The translations under genes were made by a program, and so were the position numbers. A DNA stretch of 62,601 bases, counting the filler, from Stramenopiles sp. TOSAG23-3 (lineage: Eukaryota), in the NCBI GenBank assembly GCA_900128585.1. It is 7 parts of 7 records of this genome, joined end to end, with 100 filler letters (N's around TTAATTAATTAA, not from the genome) between each part and the next. Parts side by side here need not be neighbours in the genome. Positions count along the whole stretch, not along the records: positions 53,756 to 62,601 come from LT642978.1; 6 more parts are not named here. The stretch is one strand, 5' to 3'. Numbering within the stretch: position 1 is the first letter of the stretch; every line of letters begins with the position of its first letter. The notes under the pieces are model-generated. The model was not told where the DNA came from, searched no databases, and worked only from the letters and a program-made list of their open reading frames with translations. Shown piece after piece: positions 54,099 through 62,601 of the stretch.

Positions 54099-54367
54099 AG
54101 ATTAATTCGCCACAACATTAATTATAAAGTATTTTGTATTTTGTGTATTTTGTATTTGTATTTGAATAAATGTTGTTGCCGGGTACCCGTTTTTCGTTCA
54201 GTGCAAAAACAAATTCACAACTGTTGGAACACCGTTTATATACAGAATATCGTAGTAGTATATAGTTGGACATACTAACTAAGTACTTACCAAAGCTAAA
54301 TTATAACGGTATTCGCTATATTGAATATAAACCAGAGAGATAAGAACTATTCAAATATTACAGTATA

Positions 54368-55483
54368 ATGGAATGCCCTCTCCCGCCTTTAAAGTTTGAT
54401 TCTCAGCCAATGAGTGTTTCCTTTGCACCAAATAAAGATTTAGTTGCTGCATCTCTAATTACTGGTGAAGTTAAAGTCTGTAGTTACAGCAGTGAGAGTT
54501 GCAAAGAGCAATTATCATTTAATCAACATACTGGTGCTTGTCGTAGTCTAGCATATTCTGATGATGGGTCTATAATTTTTACTGGTTCATCCGATTGTTC
54601 CGTCGCTGCAACTGACGCAAGTACTGGAAAATGTGTTTGGCGAAAGGAAAAGGCCCACGATTCTGCTATCAATATAGTTTTTTCTTTACCTGAAAATCAT
54701 CAAAATACTCTTGCTACTGGCGATGAAAATGGATGCGTGAAAATATGGGACAATCGCACAAGAGAATGTACACATACGTCTACTATATCAACAGATTATA
54801 TATCAGATATGTGTTATGGTGCAGCTGCAAAGAATCAACTCCTTTACACTTCTGGTGATGGATGCTTGAGTGTTTTTAACTTAAAGAAAGGAAAGGTAGA
54901 ATACCGTTCTGATGATCAGGAAGATGAATTGCTCTCGTTGCAACTTATCAAAAATGGTAAAAAGGTCGTTTGTGGTACTCAAGGTGGAGTTCTTGTAATA
55001 TTTAGCTATGGTGATTGGTCAGATAGATCTGATGGTTTTCCAGGTCACCCACAGTCAATAGAAGCATTATTAAAGATTGATGAGGACACACTTATCACTG
55101 GAAGCAGTGATGGAATTATTCGTGCCGTCAGTGTACAACCAAATAGATTAATTGGAGTGGTTGGTGCTCATGATGATTTTCCTGTAGAACAATTGGAGTT
55201 TTCTCGTGATCAACGCACTATTGCTAGCTGCTCTCATGATAATATTATTAAACTTTGGGATGTTTCTATGTTTTTTGATAAAGAAAGTGATGAAGAAGAT
55301 GATACTATAGTAGCTTCAACAGAAGTAGTCAACAAATCAGCTGATTCTGATTTTGATTCTGATTCTGATTCTGATGCTGGTGTAGGAAAGGGTCGTAAAC
55401 GCATGATGAAAAAGAAACTGAAACCAAAAGACGCAAAGAAACTTCGACCAAATTCCATGGCAGGTTTTTTTGCTGATTTATAA
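54368..55483 (+). CDS. WDR55: WD40 repeat protein 55-like
   Basis: SDDQEDELLS, KNGKKVVCGTQGGVL, FPGHPQSI and TGSSDGIIRAV, with a C-terminal FFADL. Confidence 0.88.
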   Translation: MECPLPPLKFDSQPMSVSFAPNKDLVAASLITGEVKVCSYSSESCKEQLSFNQHTGACRSLAYSDDGSIIFTGSSDCSVAATDASTGKCVWRKEKAHDSAINIVFSLPENHQNTLATGDENGCVKIWDNRTRECTHTSTISTDYISDMCYGAAAKNQLLYTSGDGCLSVFNLKKGKVEYRSDDQEDELLSLQLIKNGKKVVCGTQGGVLVIFSYGDWSDRSDGFPGHPQSIEALLKIDEDTLITGSSDGIIRAVSVQPNRLIGVVGAHDDFPVEQLEFSRDQRTIASCSHDNIIKLWDVSMFFDKESDEEDDTIVASTEVVNKSADSDFDSDSDSDAGVGKGRKRMMKKKLKPKDAKKLRPNSMAGFFADL

Positions 55484-55554
55484 TGGCAAAAAGGTAGTTA
55501 TACATAAACAAAATATCAAATAAATTCTTTTTATATTTATATCCGCATATTTTG

Positions 55555-56889
55555 TTATAAAGTTTGTAATGTTTCAACAAGTCTAACAAATATACTTGAA
55601 CCAATAGGTATTATATTATCATTGAAATCATATTTAGGATGATGTAATGGATATGATGGTTTTTTTTTACTGAAAGATGGACATTCAAATAGTGTTGTAG
55701 CTTCATTTTCTTCTTCATTAGAACCAATCCAAATATAACAACCAGGTCTTTCGTTCAGCATAAATGCAAAATCTTCCGAGGCTGAAGTCGGTGTTGGACT
55801 GATCACTTGTTTAGCACCAACAACAGATGTAGCCACTTTGCATGCATTAATAGAAGATTCTTTATCATTGATAGTTGCAGGATTTCCATTGAGAACTTTT
55901 ATTTTTACATTAGTCCCAAATGAATCAGATATTCCTTTTGAAATATCTTTCATACGTTGAATGAGTAAATTACGAGTTTCTGGTTTGAAACATCGAATAG
56001 TTCCACGAAACTCAACTCTATCAGGAATAATATTAAAAGATCCATCACTACTATCTAATGCTGGTGCATTAAATTGTGTGACAGAAAGTACTGCACCATC
56101 ATCAGGATCAGCATTACGTGAAACAATTGTTTGTAATGCAGTAACAATATGACAGGCAGAAATTAAAGGATCTACTGCAAGATTCGGTATTGCTGCATGT
56201 GAAGACTCGCCACTAACGGAAACAATAAAATTATCTTCTGAACCCATTAAAGGACCAGATTTAATACCAACATGACCAAAAGGAAGTGTTGGCCAATTAT
56301 GGATACCATATATTTGGTCACATGGGAATCTATCAAAAAGATTATCTTTCAACATTAGAGGTGCTCCACTCCCATCTTCAGGAGACATATCCGCTGGCCA
56401 ATGTACACCTTCTTCGTTTGGTTGGAATATAAAGTTAACTGTCCCACGAAAGTTTCGAGTTTCTGCAAGATACTTTGCTGCGCCTAATAACATTGTTGTG
56501 TGACCATCGTGTCCACAAGCATGGTGCACACCTGGGTTTGAAGATATATAGGATGTACCAGTCTCTTCAGAAATGGGCAATGCATCCATATCTGCGCGGA
56601 GACCTATGGAAGAAGTACATTCTTTTCGACCACGTAACGTACCGACAACACCAGTACGTCCAATACCTGATGTAACTTCAATGCCCCATGATTTCAACTT
56701 ACTAGCGACAAGAGATGCAGTATTGTATTCTTCAAAACCAAGTTCTGGCTCACGGTGAAGACCTTGTCGTATCTCTTTAAATTCGTCCTGTTGAATCACT
56801 ATACCTTCCACCAAACCTGATAAATGAGCACAGCGACCACGTAAAAAGCGACTAGATATACGATTACTAAACGACAAAAGAGAAAACAT
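55555..56889 (-). CDS. M20 amidohydrolase (hippurate-hydrolase-like) with a putative mitochondrial presequence
   Basis: HREPELGFEE, LRADMDALP, HACGHDGH, FQPNEEG, SEDF and LHHPKYDFND. The N-terminus is Ser/Arg-rich and lacks acidic residues. Confidence 0.92.
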   Translation of the reverse strand: MFSLLSFSNRISSRFLRGRCAHLSGLVEGIVIQQDEFKEIRQGLHREPELGFEEYNTASLVASKLKSWGIEVTSGIGRTGVVGTLRGRKECTSSIGLRADMDALPISEETGTSYISSNPGVHHACGHDGHTTMLLGAAKYLAETRNFRGTVNFIFQPNEEGVHWPADMSPEDGSGAPLMLKDNLFDRFPCDQIYGIHNWPTLPFGHVGIKSGPLMGSEDNFIVSVSGESSHAAIPNLAVDPLISACHIVTALQTIVSRNADPDDGAVLSVTQFNAPALDSSDGSFNIIPDRVEFRGTIRCFKPETRNLLIQRMKDISKGISDSFGTNVKIKVLNGNPATINDKESSINACKVATSVVGAKQVISPTPTSASEDFAFMLNERPGCYIWIGSNEEENEATTLFECPSFSKKKPSYPLHHPKYDFNDNIIPIGSSIFVRLVETLQTL

Positions 56890-57305
56890 CCCAACCTAAA
56901 TGTAAGAAAAAATAAATATCTGGAGTTACCGAAGGATAACAATTATACGTCCTTTCTGAAAATACATTTCACACCGTGTCGTGTGTGATGTTGAGCCGCT
57001 TGAGTAAAAGTCTATAAGAAAACAAAATGAAACTTTATTATCTGTCCGTGGGTGTGTGGTGTGATACTTTTTCAAAGTTTTTTGGTCACTTGTGACTGGT
57101 CAATATTGAATTGATGGCCAAAAACATCAAAAAATGACAGCAAGATAAGAAAATCCAATCAAAAAAATCAAAAGTTAGGAGGTGGCACTGGTGTTTGGTC
57201 AGAAACTCAGAAACTCAGAGTGTGTTTGTTCGTCATTCAGAATAATAATATTATCAATTGACATAGCTGTGTCCAATTCCGTAATAATCATAATACATAT
57301 TCACG

Positions 57306-58246
57306 ATGGATCAAAAGAATTTAGAAATTTGGGAAGATGCTTCCATTAAGTCTACTCCAAAAATTCGTCGACGTTCGAAACGCTGTCTTGTTGATGTCAA
57401 AAATACACGCGGTGAAGATAAGAAAGGTATGAAGAGTTTGAAAAAGCAACGCAAAAATGAAATGGCTATCATGAATGCAGATAAACTGGAACGCATGCCA
57501 CTGACAGATACATCAAATCCATTATGGCTGTCACCTTTGACACGCGAACCTACAAATAACTCTTCCAGATCAAAAACTGTTCACTCTCTTCCAAAAGAAA
57601 GAGTCGGTCTTTCCAACGAACTACACACAAAACGTTTTTTGAATGTTCCAACAACGAAAACAAATGAACATGTGCCATATGTGGCTGTACATGTTGAAAA
57701 AACACATCGTGTGATATCTAAAACGCATAATTTCCCACCTCCTATGCATAAAAAGACGCATAATTTCCCACCTCCTATGCATAAAAAAACGCATAATTTC
57801 CCACCTCCTATGCATAAAAAAAAGTGTAGTGAAACACAGACTTATACACTAGTTGATAAAACTTCAAGTGCTGATGATGTACACACAGTTGTAGAGACAA
57901 GAAATACTAGTAAAATGTGTGAATCAAGATCAACATTTACTCCACCAATGTATGTTTTATATGAATTTCTAATTTAATTTTTTTTTCATACGAAATTTCG
58001 TACCTAACGATTTTTTTTTGAAATATTTTTCCAAAATACATGTGGACGTTTAAAAGTCGAATAAATACGAGGCCTCGATCGTATGCTCGTGGGGAATCTG
58101 GTTGGATTCCAAGCAAATTTGAAAAAGAAATGTTGACATCAAGTGAGTCAAAAATCGAAACTTCTGCAAGCAAAATAGCTCAGTCGTTAGATTTTAAAGT
58201 CAACTATACTATTGGAATTCCATCTATAATATGTGTAGTAAGTTAA
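57306..58246 (+). CDS. Hypothetical protein; 2 exons (57306-57949, 58042-58246), 282 aa
   Basis: Removing the 92-nt element joins ORFs 57306-57977 and 58040-58246 in frame (FTPPM|WTFKSR). Confidence 0.6.
57720..57821. repeat. 33-bp coding tandem repeat x3 (KTHNFPPPMHK)
   Basis: Seen directly. Confidence 0.95.
57950..58041 (+). mobile_element. Introner-like element / non-canonical intron, copy 1 (GT...AT, or equivalently AT...AC at 57948-58039)
   Basis: AT|GTATGTTTT...TACGAAATTTCGTA (perfect palindrome)-CCTAAC...polyT...AAAATAC|AT. Similar along its length to 61374-61464. Confidence 0.65.
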
Positions 58247-58289
58247 GTATGATAGTTTGTAATGATAACTTTATTTGTGTTTGTAATTA

Positions 58290-58409
58290 TAATTATATTT
58301 GTGTCTGATAATTATAATTATATTTGTGTCTGATAATCATGTTTGTGTCTGATAATTATATTTGTGTCTGATAATTATATTTGTGTCTGATAATTATATT
58401 TGTGTCTGA
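58290..58409. repeat. 19-bp tandem repeat, about 6 copies (TAATTATATTTGTGTCTGA), spanning the hydrolase stop codon
   Basis: Seen directly. Confidence 0.92.
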
Positions 58410-60364
58410 GAAGCTTTAATGATATTTGCTATAGTCTCTGAAGAGTAAATAAAATCACCATGTATACTATTGGGTCTCCAAACAACTTTTACTATCGATG
58501 ACAAATCTTCATTTGACTTATTTTTTATTCTACTCTTGTTTTTATATCCATCTTGTAAATATTCTCGAACATCAGCAGAAGGAACAATATTATCATCTCC
58601 ACCAAGAAAAACTGTTGTTGTTGATGATTTTGTAATTTGTTCATTCATACAATTTGACACAACATTTTTTTGTCTTTTTTGTCTTTTTTGTCTCTCATTA
58701 CCGTTTACTACAGAGTATTGTCTCTGATGTATTTCATAAAGATCCTCTAGAAATAAAACATTCTCAAACCAATCAAATTTATGGGACAAAATAGTTGCTA
58801 ATCGTTTTTCAGTTGTAAAAAAATAATGTGAAAAATATTCATATGTATTTCGAGGTTGTCTAAAAAGTACATTGATACAAACATTGTGATGATACAGTAG
58901 AAAACAGACAGGATCAATAAATACAGCTCGACAAATTCTTTCTGGTTTTGCTTTGATTAACCAGGACATAGGTATTGAACCAAATGAGTGGCCTATTGCA
59001 GATATTTTTTGATTATCATGACCATGTTTCTCAAGCATTGTCAAAACAGCAGACACTAAAGCAGCAGGAGGTAATGCATCACCTTCATCATCATTAGACA
59101 ATCGTAATGAAATCGATGAATTTTCCACTAGAAATACATCTCTTTCAACAACTCCATTATTTACTACATGTAACCCTTTGATAAGTTTTGTATAGATAGA
59201 AAATCCTATACCAAGACCATGAAAGAATATTGCTGGAGAAATTTTTATCTCATTCTTTTCAATATTGTTTTGTGTTTCAGTTGTACCAGCTTTTCTGTAC
59301 CAATAAATCATTTCAAATTCTACATTTGATACATTTTGTACAGCTGTACTTTTTATATCGGGAAGAATAGGAATAGATATCTTAACAGTTTCACGAGTAT
59401 AACCAAGCATTAATTGAAATATCATAGGCTCAATTACATATTGCATCATAAGATGAGAAAAACCATATAAAAATAAAGGTCGAGGTAAAGAATGTATAGC
59501 TTCTATACCATGTCGTATTGGACGTGAATATTTAAGAGGTGAACATGATTTTACTTGAGTTCGTTTATCATTTGTCATTGCTGAAATGATTTGATTATTC
59601 GCAATAGTCTCTGTATTGCAAAACAAGTGTTGTTTGGTCTCTTCAACACTACCAAAATCGATAGAACCAATATTTTCACTACCATTTGCAATACACTCAA
59701 TATCATCTACTACTTTTGATATCGTATTCTGTAATACACTGTCATGTACACAATGGATTCCATTTCTTGAATTACTTCGCCAATCAATTCGTATTTGGAA
59801 CAAAGTCCATGCTATAAATGATTCTATCCCAGAACGTGTAAGGCAGTCATATGATTTTCCTCCAAACCAACCTTCTAACCAAGATCTCATCTTTACAGGT
59901 GTTCCAACTGAAGAAAGCATCTTTTTCCAATATTGCATACTAACACTATATGGAAAACGTGATAATGATGAAAATCTACGAACACCTTTTGTAACATTTT
60001 TGTCCATCAAAGTGTCGTTCAGTTTTCGTTTCCACACCCAACGCTGATACACGAGGTAAAATATACACTCCAGTAAACTAAAACATTTAATGAAGGATGT
60101 AATCCCACTCGGCCATAGATTTTTGAATACATTACGCCGTGATATATTGGTTGTTTTAAATTTATATTTCTTCAACCATAAAACTAATTTGCGGACCCAA
60201 TAGAATGTCGAGAGTGGACCAACACTCTGTAAAATAACAATGACCGATTTCAATACAAAACAAGCAACAGTAGAAGATGACGTGGTTGAAATATTCTTAT
60301 GAATTCCATTATTTCTTTTAGTTACAGGAGACTCAACTCTTGCTCGATCCATAGGTGTCTGCAT
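58394..60364 (-). CDS. Alpha/beta hydrolase-fold protein
   Basis: FFHGLGIG, nucleophile elbow GHSFGS, FIDPVCF, GGDDNIV and a C-terminal HG. Confidence 0.88.
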   Translation of the reverse strand: MQTPMDRARVESPVTKRNNGIHKNISTTSSSTVACFVLKSVIVILQSVGPLSTFYWVRKLVLWLKKYKFKTTNISRRNVFKNLWPSGITSFIKCFSLLECIFYLVYQRWVWKRKLNDTLMDKNVTKGVRRFSSLSRFPYSVSMQYWKKMLSSVGTPVKMRSWLEGWFGGKSYDCLTRSGIESFIAWTLFQIRIDWRSNSRNGIHCVHDSVLQNTISKVVDDIECIANGSENIGSIDFGSVEETKQHLFCNTETIANNQIISAMTNDKRTQVKSCSPLKYSRPIRHGIEAIHSLPRPLFLYGFSHLMMQYVIEPMIFQLMLGYTRETVKISIPILPDIKSTAVQNVSNVEFEMIYWYRKAGTTETQNNIEKNEIKISPAIFFHGLGIGFSIYTKLIKGLHVVNNGVVERDVFLVENSSISLRLSNDDEGDALPPAALVSAVLTMLEKHGHDNQKISAIGHSFGSIPMSWLIKAKPERICRAVFIDPVCFLLYHHNVCINVLFRQPRNTYEYFSHYFFTTEKRLATILSHKFDWFENVLFLEDLYEIHQRQYSVVNGNERQKRQKRQKNVVSNCMNEQITKSSTTTVFLGGDDNIVPSADVREYLQDGYKNKSRIKNKSNEDLSSIVKVVWRPNSIHGDFIYSSETIANIIKASQTQI

Positions 60365-60706
60365 ACTGTTACGTTGATTACTTGTATGATCCACACACCC
60401 GTAGCTTCGAAAACTAGTAGAAGGTAGAAATAGAGGAGTCTCTGTTTTTCAAGTCAGTAAGTCGTACACACAGAAATAATAGTCGTCGTGTAGTAGTCAG
60501 TTGAGAAATTCGATTTTTCGAAACAAAATTGAAAAAATTGTGTTTTTCGTGCGCGTGCAACTTTTTTTAACGGTTGTGAAACGGTTGATCCAATATGTGT
60601 ATATATGGGTGATACTAACTAGTATTTATTGGTATTTTTCTATTCATCAGGGAAATCTTTGAAAGGTTTCGAATTGCGTTTCTACCGGTTCAACTTTCTT
60701 AGAAGC

Positions 60707-62234
60707 ATGAACCGCTATAAGGTTACAAAAAAACTTGGGGATGGCGCGTATGGTTCAGTTCTGAAAGCGGTGAATCATCAGACAGGCGAAGTTGTGGCTA
60801 TTAAAAAAATGAAGAAAAAGTTCTATACATGGGAAGAATGTATGCAATTACGGGAAGTAAAATCTCTTAAAAAATTAAACCATCCTAATATAATCAAACT
60901 AAAAGAAGTAATTCGTGAAAATGATGAGTTATTTTTTGTTTTCGAGTTCATGGAAGATAACTTGTACCAATATGCTAAATCGCGCGATAAGCATTTTCCT
61001 GAGTCTCATATACGGAGTATAATCTACCAAGTACTACAGGGATTAGCTTTTATGCACAAGCATGGTTTTTTTCATCGTGATGTAAAACCTGAAAATCTAT
61101 TAATTAGAGGAGAAACCTGTAAAATTGGTGACTATGGTCTGGCTCGAGAAATTAGATCTCGTCCTCCATTCACAGAATATGTTTCTACACGCTGGTATAG
61201 AGCTCCTGAAGTATTACTACGATCTACTACATATAATTCACCTATTGATCAATGGGCATGTGGTTGTATTCTGGCAGAATTATTTACGTTACGTCCCTTA
61301 TTTCCTGGAACTAGTGAATCTGACCAACTTTATAAGATATGTTCAGTATTTGGATCTCCAACAGAAAAGTCTTGTATGTTTTCAAAATTGAATTTCAAAT
61401 TTTTTTTTTGTACCAAATGTTGTACCTAACATCTTTTTTTTTTTAATATTTTTTCACAATACTTGGTCTGAAGGAATGCAACTAGCTGCAAAAATGAACT
61501 TTCGTTTCCCTCAATTTGTAGCAACTGATTTATCAACAATAATTCCTAATGCCTCACCTGAAGCAATTCAATTAATTGAAGATTTACTTCAGTTGAATCC
61601 AAGTAAAAGACCTTCAGCAAGTGATGCCTTGCAATACCCTTTTTTTATGATGTCAGTAAAAATATCTCGTCCGTTGTTACAAAGTGGAGAGAAGAATCTA
61701 GAAGCAATAAACTCACAATTACTTGATGAAAATAACGATACAATGGAAACCGTAGTAGGACAATGTGAAATAGATAGTAGTATCCGAAATAAAAATGTTA
61801 GTGATAAAAAAAAGATCAATGATAAAAAAATGGAAAAAACAGATAAAAATCTACAAAATAGTTTTGGAAATGATGAAAAAATGAAAAAAAAAGATAAAAA
61901 TCTACAAAATAGTTTTGGAAATGATGATGATTCTTTTAGTCATATTTTTGATGATTGTGATGAGGATGTAAATGCAAGCAGTAATTTTGGAGTTAAATCA
62001 AATGATTCTTATAGTTTTGGTGAATTAAAAGGATCTGCTTTAACAACTACATCAAGTATTAAATCTAGTTCTAAAGACTCATTTAGTTTTGAGAGAAGAA
62101 AAAGTAGTTTCGCCTCAGTTGGATTAAATTCATTTCATAACACTAAGCAAACAAGTGTTGGAACTAGTAAAAATACTTTTGGTTCACTTCAAACAAAATC
62201 ACTAGATAAACAAGGGTTTGGACGACACAGATAG
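60707..62234 (+). CDS. MAK/ICK (RCK-family) kinase; 2 exons (60707-61373, 61465-62234), 478 aa
   Basis: [43 protein letters not shown] and [15 protein letters not shown]. The joined junction reads [24 protein letters not shown]. Confidence 0.9.
61374..61464 (+). mobile_element. Introner-like element / non-canonical intron, copy 2 (GT...TT)
   Basis: TT|GTATGTTTT...GTACCAAATGTTGTACCTAAC...polyT...ACAATAC|TT. Exact removal of 91 nt restores the conserved Trp codon. Confidence 0.72.
61818..61925. repeat. 51-bp in-frame tandem duplication ([11 protein letters not shown] x2)
   Basis: Seen directly. Confidence 0.9.
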
Positions 62235-62415
62235 TATTAATAATAAAATGAATGCCGAAAAAAATATAGTCAATAAAGTAATTTATCAAGTTTTTCAATT
62301 TTGTAGACTTTTGTTATGATATCCACCATGAATTACAAAAGATTCGCTTCATACTGGTCAAATAACTGAATTACCAAAAAGCATCATCTAAATTCCTTCG
62401 GAGACTGATTCAACT

Positions 62416-62601
62416 CTATGCAGACATATCCATTCCACTTTCAACTTGTGGTGCAATGTTTCTAACCGTCTTTGAAATCACTGTTGTCACGCCGCTTTGA
62501 ATACTGAACTTACTTGGTCTATGAACATTAGCGCGTAGCTTGGAGACATCATTTGGCTTTTCGCCTCCTCTGAAGTACTCTTTAGTACCATTACGCCTTA
62601 A
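62416..62601 (-). CDS. C-terminal fragment of an unknown protein
   Basis: Frame open from the window end: LRRNGTKEYFRGG...ESGMDMSA*. Confidence 0.45.
   Translation of the reverse strand, partial: LRRNGTKEYFRGGEKPNDVSKLRANVHRPSKFSIQSGVTTVISKTVRNIAPQVESGMDMSA

Noticed and set aside
58290-58409. Repeat array resembling CRISPR
   Set aside because: Head-to-tail 19-mers with no unique spacers, in a eukaryotic context with no cas genes.
61370-61478. TGA read as Trp or Sec if MAK is spliced to the first AG
   Set aside because: TGA ends other genes in the window, Trp is encoded by TGG in this contig, and this join would still delete the conserved SEG.

Overview
This is eukaryotic, intron-poor protist DNA; the gene content suggests a heterotrophic flagellated stramenopile-like organism (inference). 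It is not one locus. Seven length-sorted contigs (8869, 8868, 8860, 8856, 8853, 8849 and 8846 nt) are joined by an artificial N44-TTAATTAATTAA-N44 linker, so neighbourhood across linkers means nothing. About 30 genes are recognisable, including a 7TM-TKL kinase-DEP fusion, kinesin, XK-like and LtrA-like membrane proteins, ULK4/RUNKEL, THOC5-like, CKS1, a PrsW protease, a CEPT-like/cytidylyltransferase fusion, FBXO9-like, AKR, an MGRN1/LOG2-like RING ligase, WDR55, an M20 amidohydrolase and a MAK/ICK kinase. The top candidate for something new is in the last, AT-rich contig. Two unrelated genes are each interrupted by a closely similar ~90-nt element (GTATGTTTT...GTACCTAAC...polyT...AATAC) with GTAT/ATAC inverted termini and a 2-nt target duplication (AT, TT). 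Precise removal restores both reading frames, including the conserved MAK W-x-E-G-x-x-L-A motif, but needs a 3' splice site that is not AG. These look like non-canonical introner-type introns. Second, a conserved ~23-nt motif (AACAAGAAAATTGGCTGTTATTT) recurs eight times just downstream of stop codons on four independent contigs.
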